A DNA stretch of 64,000 nt from the human T2T-CHM13v2.0 reference genome, Homo sapiens. The stretch lies in assembly GCF_009914755.1 (NCBI RefSeq), contig NC_060948.1; one strand, given 5' to 3'. Of the stretch, positions 40,501 to 55,909 are shown piece after piece (within the stretch, counting starts at the first letter, position 1; every line of letters begins with the position of its first letter). Below the pieces are notes generated by a model. The model saw only the letters and a program-made list of their open reading frames with translations, did no database searches and was not told the DNA's origin. Both the position numbers and the translations under genes were made by a program.

Positions 40501-43500
40501 ATGGGAACGAATGGAATGGAATGGAAAGGAATGGAATCGAATGGAAAGGAATCGAATGGAAGGGAATGAAATTGAATCAACAGGAATGGAAGGGAATAGA
40601 ATAGACGGTAATGGAATGGACTCGAATAGAATGGACACGAATGCTCAAATTGAATGGACTCGAAAGGAATGGAAAGGAAAGGAATGTCATCGAATGGAAT
40701 TGAATCGATTGGAATGAAATCGCATAGAATGGAGTGGAATCAAATGGAATTGAATCGAAAGGAAAGGAAGCGAATGGACTGAAATGAAATGGAATGGAAT
40801 TGAATGGAAAGTAATGCAATGGAATAGAATGGAACGAAATTTCACGGAATGGAATCAAACTGAATGGAATCAAATCAATGGAATCAAATCAAATGGAATG
40901 GAAAGGAATTGAATGGAGTAGATTGGATTGGATGGGATTGGAATGAAATGTACTGGAAAGGACTCGAATTTCATGAAACGGAATGGAATGAATTGGAACG
41001 GAATGGACTCGAATGGAATGGAATGTCATGGAATGGCATCAAATGGAATGGCATCAAATGGAATGGAATCGAATGCAATGGAATGCTATGGAATGGAATG
41101 GAATGCATTGGAATGGAATGTCCTCTAATGGAATGGATTCGAGTGGAATGGAATCGAATATAATGGAGTCGAATGAAATGGAATTGAAAGGAATGGGATC
41201 GAATACAATGGAATATACTGGAATGTAATGTAATGAACTCGAATGTAATTGACTGGAATGGAATGTACATGAATGGAATGTAATCGAATGGAAAGTAATC
41301 CAATGGAATAGAATCTAATGCAATAAAATCGACTCAAATAGAGTAGAATGTAATGGAATGGAGTGCAGTGCAATGGAATGGAATGGAATGGAATGCAATG
41401 GAATGGAATGGAATGGAATGGAATGGGATGGAATGGTATGGAATGGATAGTAATGGACTGGAGTGAAATGGACTGGAAAGGAATGGACTCAAATTGAAAG
41501 GGCTCGAAAGGAATGGAGTCAAATGGAATGGTCTGGAATGGAATGAACACGAATGTAATGCAATCCAATAGAATGGAATCGAATGGCATGGAATATAAAG
41601 AAATGGAATCGAAGAGAATGGAAACAAATGGAGTGGAATTGAATGGAATGGAATTGATTGGAATGGGAACGAATGGAGTGAAATTGTATGCAGTAGAAGA
41701 GAATAGAATGGAATGCAAGCGAAAGGAATGGAATGGATTGGAATGGAATGGAATTCATTGGAATGGAAGGGAATGTAGTGTAATGGACAGGCCTGGAATA
41801 AAGTGGAATGCTACGGTCTCGAATGGAATAAAAATGTATGGAATGGAATGCAATGAAACGGAATCGAATGTCATAGAATGTAATGGAATGCAAAAAATGG
41901 AATCCAAAATCATTGACTGGAAAGGCTGGGTGTCGAAAGGAATTGACTCCAATGGAATGGAATCGAATGGAATGGAAGTGAATAGAATCGAACTAAATCG
42001 AATGGAATGGAATTGATAGGAACGGAATGGAAAGGAATGCAATGATTTGGCATGGAATGGAATCGAATGGCATCGAATGGAATGGAATGGAATGCAATGG
42101 AATGGAATGTGTTAGAATGTAATGAACTTTAATGGAATGTACTCGAATGGATTCGACTGGAATGGAATGTTCTGGAAGTGAATGGACTCCAATGGAATGG
42201 ATTCAAAAGGAATGGAATCGTACGGAATGGAATCTAATGGAATGGAATTAAATGGAAATGAATCAAATGGAATAGCACGGAATTGAATTGAATGGAATCG
42301 AATGCAATGGAATCTAATGAAACGGAAAGGAAAGGAATGGAATGGAATGGAATGGGCTGGAATGGAAAGGAATCGAAATGAATGGAATGGAATCGAACTG
42401 AAGAGACTGGAATGGAATGCACTGGAATGGAAGGGAGTGTAATGGAAGGTTCTCGAAAAAAATGGAATCGAATGGAATGGAATTGAATGGAACGGAATAG
42501 AGTCGAATGGAATTGAATGGAATGGAATGGACTAGAGTGAAATGGAATAGAACCACAAGGAATGGACAGGAATAGAATAGTCTCGAATTGAATGGAATCG
42601 TATGGAATGGCATCAAACGGAATGGAATGGATAGCCACGGAATGGAATGCACTCGAATGCAATGGAGTCGAAACTAATGGACTGGAATAGAATGGACTCG
42701 ACTGGTACGGACTCCAATGGAATGGAATCGAATGGAAGGGAATCGAATGGAATGGACTCGAAGGGAAAAGACTGCAATGGAAAGGTCTCGAATGGAATGG
42801 AAATTAATGGAATGGAATGGAATCGAATGAAATGGAGTCAAAAGGAATGGAATCGAATGGCAAGAAATCGAATGTAATGGAATCGCAAGGAATTGATGTG
42901 AACGGAACAGAATGGAATGGAATCCAAAGGAATGGAATAGAATGGAATGGAATCGAATGGAAAGGACTCGAATGGAAATCACTCGAATAGAATGCAATTT
43001 AATAAAATAGGATCAAATGTAATGGAATGGAATGGAAAGGAATCGAAACGAAAGGAATGGAGACAGATGGAATGGAATGGAACAGAGAGCAATGGTATAG
43101 AATGGAATGGAATCATCTGGAATGGAATTGAATGGAATGGAATAATATGAAATGGAATGGAATGGAATGGAATGGAATGCCCTTGAATTAAATGGACTGG
43201 AATGGAATGGACTCGAACAGAGTGGAATGGAAAGTGTTGAGATAGAATGGAATGGACTCCTTTGGAATGGTGTAGTATGCAATGCAATCGACTGGCAGGG
43301 AATCAAAAGGAATGTAATGGAATGGATTGGACTGGAATGCAATGGACTCGAATAGATTGGAAACGGAATGCAAAGGAATGGAATGGAATAGTATGGAATG
43401 GAATGGAAAGGAATGGAGTGGAATAGACTAGAGTGGAATGGAATGAACTGGAAAGCAATGGACTGGAATGGAACTTTCTTGAACGGACTGGAATCAAACG

Positions 43501-45249
43501 GAATGGAATGCAATGCAATCAAATGGCATGGAATAAAATAGAATGAAAGAGAATCAAATGGAATTGAATCGAATGGAATCGAATGGATTGGAAAGGAATA
43601 GAATGGAATGGAATGGAATTGACTCAAATGGAATGGACTAGAATGGAATTTATTCGAATGGAAGGCAAAGGAATGGAATCTATTGGAATGGACTGTAATG
43701 GAATGGAATGGAAGGGATTGGAATGGACTCGAATGGAATGGACTGCAATAGAAAGGATTCGAATGGAATGAAAAAGAATTGAATGGAATAGAACAGAATG
43801 GAATCAAATCGAATGAAATGGAATGGAATAGAAAGGAATGGAATGAAATGGAATGGAAAGGATTCGAATGGAATGCAATCGAATGGAATGGAATCGAACG
43901 GAATGGAATAAAATGGAAGAAAACTGGCAAGAAATGGAATCGAAATGAATGGAGTGTTATGGAACGGACTCAAAAGGAATTGAATGTAATAGAATGGAGT
44001 GGAGTGGACTCGAATATAATGGACTGGAATGGAATGAAATCACATGGAATGGGAACGAATGGAATGGAATGGAAAGGAATGGAATGGAATGGAAAGGAAT
44101 CGAATGGAAGGGAATGAAATTGAATCAACAGGAATGGAAGGGAATAGAATAGACGGTAATGGAATGGACTCGAATAGAATGGACACGAATGCTCAAATTG
44201 AATGGACTCGAAAGGAATGGAAAGGAAAGGAATGTGATCGAATGGAATTGAATCGATTGGAATGAAATCGCATAGAATGGAGTGGAATCAAATGGAATTG
44301 AATCGAAAGGAAAGGAAGCGAATGGACTGAAATGAAATGGAATGGAATTGAATGGAAATTAATGCAATGGAATAGAATGGAACGAAATTTCACGGAATGG
44401 AATCAAACTGAATGGAATCAAATCAATGGAATCTAATCAAATGGAATGGAAAGGAATTGAATGGAGTAGATTGGATTGGATGGGATTGGAATGAAATGTA
44501 CTGGAAAGGACTCGAATTTCATGAAACGGAATGGAATGAATTGGAACGGAATGGACTCGAATGGAATGGAATGTCATGGAATGGCATCAAATGGAATGGC
44601 ATCAAATGGAATGGAATCGAATGCAATGGAATGCTATGGAATGGAATGGAATGCATTGGAATGGAATGTCCTCTAATGGAATGGATTCGAGTGGAATGGA
44701 ATCGAATATAATGGAGTCGAATGAAATGGAATTGAAAGGAATGGGATCGAATACAATGGAATATACTGGAATGTAATGTAATGAACTCGAATGTAATTGA
44801 CTGGAATGGAATGTACATGAATGGAATGTAATCGAATGGAAAGTAATCCAATGGAATAGAATCTAATGCAATAAAATCGACTCAGATAGAGTAGAATGTA
44901 ATGGAATGGAGTGCAGTGGAATGGAATGGAATGGAATGGAATGCAATGGAATGGAATGGAATGGAATGGAATGGGATGGAATGGTATGGAATGGATAGTA
45001 ATGGACTGGAGTGAAATGGACTGGAAAGGAATGGACTCAAATTGAAAGGGCTCGAAAGGAATGGAGTCAAATGGAATGGTCTGGAATGGAATGAACACGA
45101 ATGTAATGCAATCCAATAGAATGGAATCGAATGGCATGGAATATAAAGAAATGGAATCGAAGAGAATGGAAACAAATGGAATGGAATTGAATGGAATGGA
45201 ATTGAATGGAATGGGAACGAATGGAGTGAAATTGTATGCAGTAGAAGAG
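34580..45249 (+). repeat. 3-monomer higher-order repeat, copy 1 (10,670 bp)
   Basis: Diagnostic variants recur at +10670 and then +10660: ORF 'ETEKKG' at 35171/45841/56501, 'RTQQEL' at 36658/47328/57988, 'MESSQW..GVHW' at 37291/47961/58621, and the 1 bp deletion ATCCAAGG at ~39380/50050/60710. Confidence 0.88.
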
Positions 45250-48200
45250 AATAGAATGGAATGCAAGTGAAAGGAAAGGAATGGATTGGAATGGAATGGA
45301 ATTCATTGGAATGGAAGGGAATGTAGTGTAATGGACAGGCCTGGAATAAAGTGGAATGCTACGGTCTCGAATGGAATAAAAATGTATGGAATGGAATGCA
45401 ATGAAACGGAATCGAATGTCATAGAATGTAATGGAATGCAAAAAAATGGAATCCAAAATCATTGACTGGAAAGGCTGGGTGTCGAAAGGAATTGACTCCA
45501 ATGGAATGGAATCGAATGGAATGGAAGTGAATAGAATCGAACTAAATCGAATGGAATGGAATTGATAGGAACGGAATGGAAAGGAATGCAATGATTTGGC
45601 ATGGAATGGAATCGAATGGCATCGAATGGAATGGAATGGAATGCAATGGAATGGAATGTATTAGAATGTAATGAACTTTAATGGAATGTACTCGAATGGA
45701 TTCGACTGGAATGGAATGTTCTGGAAGTGAATGGACTCCAATGGAATGGATTCAAAAGGAATGGAATCGTACGGAATGGAATCTAATGGAATGGAATTAA
45801 ATGGAAATGAATCAAATTGAATAGCACGGAATTGAATTGAATGGAATCGAATGCAATGGAATCAAATGAAACGGAAAAGAAAGGAATGGAATGGAATGGA
45901 ATGGGCTGGAATGGAAAGGAATCGAAACGAATGGAATGGAATCGAACTGAAGAGACTGGAATGGAATGCACTGGAATGGAAGGGAGTGTAATGGAAGGTT
46001 CTCGAAAAAAATGGAATCGAATGGAATGGAATTGAATGGAACGGAATAGAGTCGAATGGAATTGAATGGAATGGAATGGACTAGAGTGAAATGGAATCGA
46101 ACCACAAGGAATGGACAGGAATAGAATGGTCTCGAATTGAATGGAATCGTATGGAATGGCATCAAACGGAATGGAATGGACAGCCACGGAATGGAATGCA
46201 CTCGAATGCAATGGAGTCGAAACTAATGGACTGGAATAGAATGGACTCGACTGGTACGGACTCCAATGGAATGGAATCGAATGGAAGGGAATCGATCGGA
46301 ATGGACTCGAAGGGAAAAGACTGCAATGGAAAGGTCTCGAATGGAATGGAAATTAATGGAATGGAATGGAATCGAATGAAATGGAGTCAAAAGGAATGGA
46401 ATCGAATGGCAAGAAATCGAATGTAATGGAATCGCAAGGAATTGATGTGAACGGAACGGAATGGAATGGAATCCAAAGGAATGGAATAGAATGGAATGGA
46501 ATCGAATGGAAAGGACTCGAATGGAAATCACTCGAATAGAATGCAATTTAATAAAATAGGATCAAATGTAATGGAATGGAATGGAAAGGAATCGAAACGA
46601 AAGGAATGGAGACAGATGGAATGGAATGGAACAGAGAGCAATGGTATAGAATGGAATGGAATCATCTGGAATGGAATTGAATGGAATGGAATAATATGAA
46701 ATGGAATGGAATGGAATGGAATGGAATGCCCTTGAATTAAATGGACTGGAATGGAATGGACTCGAACAGAGTGGAATGGAAAGTGTTGAGATAGAATGGA
46801 ATGGACTCCTTTGGAATGGTGTAGTATGCAATGCAATCGACTGGCAGGGAATCAAAAGGAATGTAATCGAATGGATTGGACTGGAATGCAATGGACTCGA
46901 ATAGATTGGAAACGGAATGCAAAGGAATGGAATGGAATAGTATGGAATGGAATGGAAAGGAATGGAGTGGAATAGACTAGAGTGGAATGGAATGGACTGG
47001 AAAGCAATGGACTGGAATGGAACTTTCTTGAATGGACTGGAATCAAACGGAATGGAATGCAATGCAATCAAATGGCATGGAATAAAATAGAATGAAAGAG
47101 AATCAAATGGAATTGAATCGAATGGAGTCGAATGGATTGGAAAGGAATAGAATGGAATGGAATGGAATTGACTCAAATGGAATGGACTAGAATGGAATGG
47201 ATTCGAATGGAAGGCAAAGGAATGGAATCTATTGGAATGGACTGTAATGGAATGGAATGGAAGGGATTGGAATGGACTCGAATGGAATGGACTGCAATAG
47301 AAAGGATTCGAATGGAATGAAAAAGAATTGAATGGAATAGAACAGAATGGAATCAAATCGAATGAAATGGAATGGAATAGAAAGGAATGGAATGAAATGG
47401 AATGGAAAGGATTCGAATGGAATGCAATCGAATGGAATGGAATCGAACGGAATGGAATAAAATGGAAGAAAACTGGCAAGAAATGGAATCGAAATGAATG
47501 GAGTGTTATGGAACGGACTCAACAGGAATTGAATGTAATAGAATGGAGTGGAGTGGACTCGAATATAATGGACTGGAATGGAATGAAATCACATGGAATG
47601 GGAACGAATGGAATGGAATGGAAAGGAATGGAATCGAATGGAAAGGAATCGAATGGAAGGGAATGAAATTGAATCAACAGGAATGGAAGGGAATAGAATA
47701 GACGGTAATGGAATGGACTCGAATAGAATGGACACGAATGCTCAAATTGAATGGACTCGAATGGAATGGAAACGAAAGGAATGTCATCGAATGGAATTGA
47801 ATCGATTGGAATGAAATCGCATAGAATGGAGTGGAATCAAATGGAATTGAATCGAAAGGAAAGGAAGCGAATGGACTGAAATGAAATGGAATGGAATTGA
47901 ATGGAAAGTAATGCAATGGAATAGAATGGAACGAAATTTCACGGAATGGAATCAAACTGAATGGAATCAAGTCAATGGAATCAAATCAAATGGAATGGAA
48001 AGGAATTGAATGGAGTACATTGGATTGGATGGGATTGGAATGAAATGTACTGGAAAGGACTCGAATTTCACGAAACGGAATGGAATGAATTGGAACGGAA
48101 TGGACTCGAATGGAATGGAATGTCATGGAATGGCATCAAATGGAATGGCATCAAATGGAATGGAATCGAATGCAATGGAATGCTATGGAATGGAATGGAA

Positions 48201-51200
48201 TGCATTGGAATGGAATGTCCTCTAATGGAATGGATTCGAGTGGAATGGAATCGAATATAATGGAGTTGAATGAAATGGAATTGAAAGGAATGGGATCGAA
48301 TACAATGGAATATACTGGAATGTAATATAATGAACTCGAATGTAATTGACTGGAATGGAATGTACATGAATGGAATGTAATCGAATGGAAAGTAATCCAA
48401 TGGAGTAGAATCTAATGCAATAAAATCGACTCAGATAGAGTAGAATGTAATGGAATGGAGTGCAGTGCAATGGAATGGAATAGAATGGAATGCAATGGAA
48501 TGGAATGGAAGGGAATGGAATGGAATGGAATGGAATGGAATTGGATGGGATGGAATGGTATGGAATGGATAGTAATGGACTGGAGTGAAATGGACTGGAA
48601 AGGAATGGACTCAAATTGAAAGGGCTCGAAAGGAATGGAGTCAAATGGAATGGTCTGGAATGGAATGAACACGAATGTAATGCAATCCAATAGAAGGGAA
48701 TCGAATGGCATGGAATATAAAGAAATGGAATCGAAGAGAATGGAAACAAATGGAATGGAATTGAATGGAATGGAATTGAATGGAATGGGAACGAATGGAG
48801 TGAAATTGTATGCAGTAGAAGGGAATAGAATGGAATGCAAGCGAAAGGAAAGGAATGGATTGGAATGGAATGGAATTCATTGGAATGGAAGGGAATGTAG
48901 TGTAATGGACAGGCCTGGAATAATGTGGAATGCTACAGTCTCGAATGGAATAAAAATGTATGGAATGGAATGCAATGAAACGGAATCGAATGTCATAGAA
49001 TGTAATGGAATGCAAAAAAATGGAATCCAAAATCATTGACTGGAAAGGCTGGGTGTCGAAAGGAATTGACTCCAATGGAATGGAATCGAATGGAATGGAA
49101 GTGAATAGAATCGAACTAAATCGAATGGAATGGAATTGATAGGAACGGAATGGAAAGGAATGCAATGATTTGGCATGGAATGGAATCGAATGGCATCGAA
49201 TGGAATGGAATGGAATGCAATGGAATGGAATGTATTAGAATGTAATGAACTTTAATGGAATGTACTCGAATGGATTCGACTGGAATGGAATGTTCTGGAA
49301 GTGAATGGACTCCAATGGAATGGATTCAAAAGGAATGGGATCGTACGGAATGGAATCTAATGGAATGGAATTAAATGGAAATGAATCAAATTGAATACCA
49401 CGGAATTGACTTGAATGGAATGGAATGCAATGGAATCTAATGAAACGGAAAGGAAAGGAATGGAATGGAATGGAATGGGCTGGAATGGAAAGGAATCGAA
49501 ACGAATGGAATGGAATCGAACTGAAGAGACTGGAATGGAATGCACTGGAATGGAAGGGAGTGTACTGGAAGGTTCTCGAAAATAATGGAATCGAATGGAA
49601 TGGAATTGAATGGAACGGAATAGAGTCGAATGGAATTGAATGGAATGGAATGGACTAGAGTGAAATGGAATCGAACCACAAGGAATGGACAGGAATAGAA
49701 TGGTCTCGAATTGAATGGAATCGTATGGAATGGCATCAAACGGAATGGAATGGACAGCCACGGAATGGAATGCACTCGAATGCAATGGAGTCGAAACTAA
49801 TGGACTGGAATAGAATGGAATCGACTGGTACGGACTCCAATGGAATGGAATCGAATGGAAGGGAATCGAACGGAATGGACTCGAAGGGAAAAGACTGCAA
49901 TGGAAAGGTCTCGAATGGAATGGAAATTAATGGAATGGAATGGAATCGAATGAAATGGAGTCAAAAGGAATGGAATCGAATGGCAAGAAATCGAATGTAA
50001 TGGAATCGCAAGGAATTGATGTGAACGGAACGGAATGGAATGGAATCCAAGGAATGGAATAGAATGGAATGGAATCGAATGGAAAGGACTCGAATGGAAA
50101 TCACTGGAATAGAATGCAATTTAATAAAATAGGATCAAATGTAATGGAATGGAATGGAAAGGAATCGAAACGAAAGGAATGGAGACAGATGGAATGGAAT
50201 GGAACAGAGAGCAATGGTATAGAATGGAATGGAATCATCTGGAATGGAATTGAATGGAATGGAATAATATGAAATGGAATGGAATGGAATGGAATGGAAT
50301 GCCCTTGAATTAAATGGACTGGAATGGACTGGACTCGAACAGAGTGGAATGGAAAGTGTTGAGATAGAATGGAATGGACTCCTTTGGAATGGTGTAGTAT
50401 GCAATGCAATCGACTGGCAGGGAATCAAAAGGAATGTAATCGAATGGATTGGACTGGAATGCAATGGACTCGAATAGATTGGAAACGGAATGCAAAGGAA
50501 TGGAATGGAATAGTATGGAATGGAATGGAAAGGAATGGAGTGGAATAGACTAGAGTGGAATTGAATGGACTGGAAAGCAATGGACTGGAATGGAACTTTC
50601 TTGAATGGACTGGAATCAAACGGAATGGAATGCAATGCAATCAAATGGCATGGAATAAAATAGAATGAAAGAGAATCAAATGGAATTGAATCGAATGGAA
50701 TCGAATGGATTGGAGAGGAATTGAATGGAATGGAATGGAATTGACTCAAATGGAATGGACTAGAATGGAATGGATTCGAATGGAAGGCAAAGGAATGGAA
50801 TCTATTGGAATGGACTCTAATGGAATGGAATGGAAGGGATTGGAATGGACTCGAATGGAATGGACTGCAATAGAAAGGATTCGAATGGAATGAAAAAGAA
50901 TTGAATGGAATAGAACAGAATGGAATCAAATCGAATGAAATGGAATGGAATAGAAAGGAATGGAATGAAATGGAATGGAAAGGATTCGAATGGAATGCAA
51001 TCGAATGGAATGGAATCGAACGGAATGGAATAAAATGGAAGAAAACTGGCAAGAAATGGAATCGAAATGAATGGAGTGTTATGGAACGGACTCAAAAGGA
51101 ATTGAATGTAATAGAATGGAGTGGAGTGGACTCGAATATAATGGACTGGAATGGAATGAAATCACATGGAATGGGAACGAATGGAATGGAATGGAAAGGA

Positions 51201-54200
51201 ATGGAATCGAATGGAAAGGAATCGAATGGAAGGGAATGAAATTGAATCAACAGGAATGGAAGGGAATAGAATAGACGGTAATGGAATGGACTCGAATAGA
51301 ATGGACACGAATGCTCAAATTGAATGGACTCGAAAGGAATGGAAAGGAAAGGAATGTCATCGAATGGAATTGAATCGATTGGAATGAAATCGCATAGAAT
51401 GGAGTGGAATCAAATGGAATTGAATCGAAAGGAAAGGAAGCGAATGGACTGAAATGAAATGGAATGGAATTGAATGGAAAGTAATGCAATGGAATAGAAT
51501 GGAACGAAATTTCACGGAATGGAATCAAACTGAATGGAATCAAATCAATGGAATCAAATCAAATGGAATGGAAAGGAATTGAATGGAGTAGATTGGATTG
51601 GATGGGATTGGAATGAAATGTACTGGAAAGGACTCGAATTTCATGAAACGGAATGGAATGAATTGGAACGGAATGGACTCGAATGGAATGGAATGTCATG
51701 GAATGGCATCAAATGGAATGGAATCGAATGCAATGGAATGCTATGGAATGGAATGGAATGCATTGGAATGGAATGTCCTCTAATGGAATGGATTCGAGTG
51801 GAATGGAATCGAATATAATGGAGTCGAATGAAATGGAATTGAAAGGAATGGGATCGAATACAATGGAATATACTGGAATGTAATGTAATGAACTCGAATG
51901 TAATTGACTGGAATGGAATGTACATGAATGGAATGTAATCGAATGGAAAGTAATCCAATGGAATAGAATCTAATGCAATAAAATCGACTCAAATAGAGTA
52001 GAATGTAATGGAATGGAGTGCAGTGCAATGGAATGGAATGGAATGGAATGCAATGGAATGGAATGGAATGGAATGGAATGGGATGGAATGGTATGGAATG
52101 GATAGTAATGGACTGGAGTGAAATGGACTGGAAAGGAATGGACTCAAATTGAAAGGGCTCGAAAGGAATGGAGTCAAATGGAATGGTCTGGAATGGAATG
52201 AACACGAATGTAATGCAATCCAATAGAATGGAATCGAATGGCATGGAATATAAAGAAATGGAATCGAAGAGAATGGAAACAAATGGAGTGGAATTGAATG
52301 GAATGGAATTGATTGGAATGGGAACGAATGGAGTGAAATTGTATGCAGTAGAAGAGAATAGAATGGAATGCAAGCGAAAGGAATGGAATGGATTGGAATG
52401 GAATGGAATTCATTGGAATGGAAGGGAATGTAGTGTAATGGACAGGCCTGGAATAAAGTGGAATGCTACGGTCTCGAATGGAATAAAAATGTATGGAATG
52501 GAATGCAATGAAACGGAATCGAATGTCATAGAATGTAATGGAATGCAAAAAATGGAATCCAAAATCATTGACTGGAAAGGCTGGGTGTCGAAAGGAATTG
52601 ACTCCAATGGAATGGAATCGAATGGAATGGAAGTGAATAGAATCGAACTAAATCGAATGGAATGGAATTGATAGGAACGGAATGGAAAGGAATGCAATGA
52701 TTTGGCATGGAATGGAATCGAATGGCATCGAATGGAATGGAATGGAATGGAATGCAATGGAATGGAATGTGTTAGAATGTAATGAACTTTAATGGAATGT
52801 ACTCGAATGGATTCGACTGGAATGGAATGTTCTGGAAGTGAATGGACTCCAATGGAATGGATTCAAAAGGAATGGAATCGTACGGAATGGAATCTAATGG
52901 AATGGAATTAAATGGAAATGAATCAAATGGAATAGCACGGAATTGAATTGAATGGAATCGAATGCAATGGAATCTAATGAAACGGAAAGGAAAGGAATGG
53001 AATGGAATGGAATGGGCTGGAATGGAAAGGAATCGAAATGAATGGAATGGAATCGAACTGAAGAGACTGGAATGGAATGCACTGGAATGGAAGGGAGTGT
53101 AATGGAAGGTTCTCGAAAAAAATGGAATCGAATGGAATGGAATTGAATGGAACGGAATAGAGTCGAATGGAATTGAATGGAATGGAATGGACTAGAGTGA
53201 AATGGAATAGAACCACAAGGAATGGACAGGAATAGAATAGTCTCGAATTGAATGGAATCGTATGGAATGGCATCAAACGGAATGGAATGGATAGCCACGG
53301 AATGGAATGCACTCGAATGCAATGGAGTCGAAACTAATGGACTGGAATAGAATGGACTCGACTGGTACGGACTCCAATGGAATGGAATCGAATGGAAGGG
53401 AATCGAATGGAATGGACTCGAAGGGAAAAGACTGCAATGGAAAGGTCTCGAATGGAATGGAAATTAATGGAATGGAATGGAATCGAATGAAATGGAGTCA
53501 AAAGGAATGGAATCGAATGGCAAGAAATCGAATGTAATGGAATCGCAAGGAATTGATGTGAACGGAACAGAATGGAATGGAATCCAAAGGAATGGAATAG
53601 AATGGAATGGAATCGAATGGAAAGGACTCGAATGGAAATCACTCGAATAGAATGCAATTTAATAAAATAGGATCAAATGTAATGGAATGGAATGGAAAGG
53701 AATCGAAACGAAAGGAATGGAGACAGATGGAATGGAATGGAACAGAGAGCAATGGTATAGAATGGAATGGAATCATCTGGAATGGAATTGAATGGAATGG
53801 AATAATATGAAATGGAATGGAATGGAATGGAATGGAATGCCCTTGAATTAAATGGACTGGAATGGAATGGACTCGAACAGAGTGGAATGGAAAGTGTTGA
53901 GATAGAATGGAATGGACTCCTTTGGAATGGTGTAGTATGCAATGCAATCGACTGGCAGGGAATCAAAAGGAATGTAATGGAATGGATTGGACTGGAATGC
54001 AATGGACTCGAATAGATTGGAAACGGAATGCAAAGGAATGGAATGGAATAGTATGGAATGGAATGGAAAGGAATGGAGTGGAATAGACTAGAGTGGAATG
54101 GAATGAACTGGAAAGCAATGGACTGGAATGGAACTTTCTTGAACGGACTGGAATCAAACGGAATGGAATGCAATGCAATCAAATGGCATGGAATAAAATA

Positions 54201-55909
54201 GAATGAAAGAGAATCAAATGGAATTGAATCGAATGGAATCGAATGGATTGGAAAGGAATAGAATGGAATGGAATGGAATTGACTCAAATGGAATGGACTA
54301 GAATGGAATTTATTCGAATGGAAGGCAAAGGAATGGAATCTATTGGAATGGACTGTAATGGAATGGAATGGAAGGGATTGGAATGGACTCGAATGGAATG
54401 GACTGCAATAGAAAGGATTCGAATGGAATGAAAAAGAATTGAATGGAATAGAACAGAATGGAATCAAATCGAATGAAATGGAATGGAATAGAAAGGAATG
54501 GAATGAAATGGAATGGAAAGGATTCGAATGGAATGCAATCGAATGGAATGGAATCGAACGGAATGGAATAAAATGGAAGAAAACTGGCAAGAAATGGAAT
54601 CGAAATGAATGGAGTGTTATGGAACGGACTCAAAAGGAATTGAATGTAATAGAATGGAGTGGAGTGGACTCGAATATAATGGACTGGAATGGAATGAAAT
54701 CACATGGAATGGGAACGAATGGAATGGAATGGAAAGGAATGGAATGGAATGGAAAGGAATCGAATGGAAGGGAATGAAATTGAATCAACAGGAATGGAAG
54801 GGAATAGAATAGACGGTAATGGAATGGACTCGAATAGAATGGACACGAATGCTCAAATTGAATGGACTCGAAAGGAATGGAAAGGAAAGGAATGTGATCG
54901 AATGGAATTGAATCGATTGGAATGAAATCGCATAGAATGGAGTGGAATCAAATGGAATTGAATCGAAAGGAAAGGAAGCGAATGGACTGAAATGAAATGG
55001 AATGGAATTGAATGGAAATTAATGCAATGGAATAGAATGGAACGAAATTTCACGGAATGGAATCAAACTGAATGGAATCAAATCAATGGAATCTAATCAA
55101 ATGGAATGGAAAGGAATTGAATGGAGTAGATTGGATTGGATGGGATTGGAATGAAATGTACTGGAAAGGACTCGAATTTCATGAAACGGAATGGAATGAA
55201 TTGGAACGGAATGGACTCGAATGGAATGGAATGTCATGGAATGGCATCAAATGGAATGGCATCAAATGGAATGGAATCGAATGCAATGGAATGCTATGGA
55301 ATGGAATGGAATGCATTGGAATGGAATGTCCTCTAATGGAATGGATTCGAGTGGAATGGAATCGAATATAATGGAGTCGAATGAAATGGAATTGAAAGGA
55401 ATGGGATCGAATACAATGGAATATACTGGAATGTAATGTAATGAACTCGAATGTAATTGACTGGAATGGAATGTACATGAATGGAATGTAATCGAATGGA
55501 AAGTAATCCAATGGAATAGAATCTAATGCAATAAAATCGACTCAGATAGAGTAGAATGTAATGGAATGGAGTGCAGTGGAATGGAATGGAATGGAATGGA
55601 ATGCAATGGAATGGAATGGAATGGAATGGAATGGGATGGAATGGTATGGAATGGATAGTAATGGACTGGAGTGAAATGGACTGGAAAGGAATGGACTCAA
55701 ATTGCAAGGGCTCGAAAGGAATGGAGTCAAATGGAATGGTCTGGAATGGAATGAACACGAATGTAATGCAATCCAATAGAATGGAATCGAATGGCATGGA
55801 ATATAAAGAAATGGAATCGAAGAGAATGGAAACAAATGGAATGGAATTGAATGGAATGGAATTGAATGGAATGGGAACGAATGGAGTGAAATTGTATGCA
55901 GTAGAAGAG
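45250..55909 (+). repeat. 3-monomer higher-order repeat, copy 2 (10,660 bp)
   Basis: Same diagnostic variants as copy 1. It is 10 bp shorter owing to a 15 bp deletion (~51705-51720) and a 5 bp gain (~52740). Confidence 0.88.
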
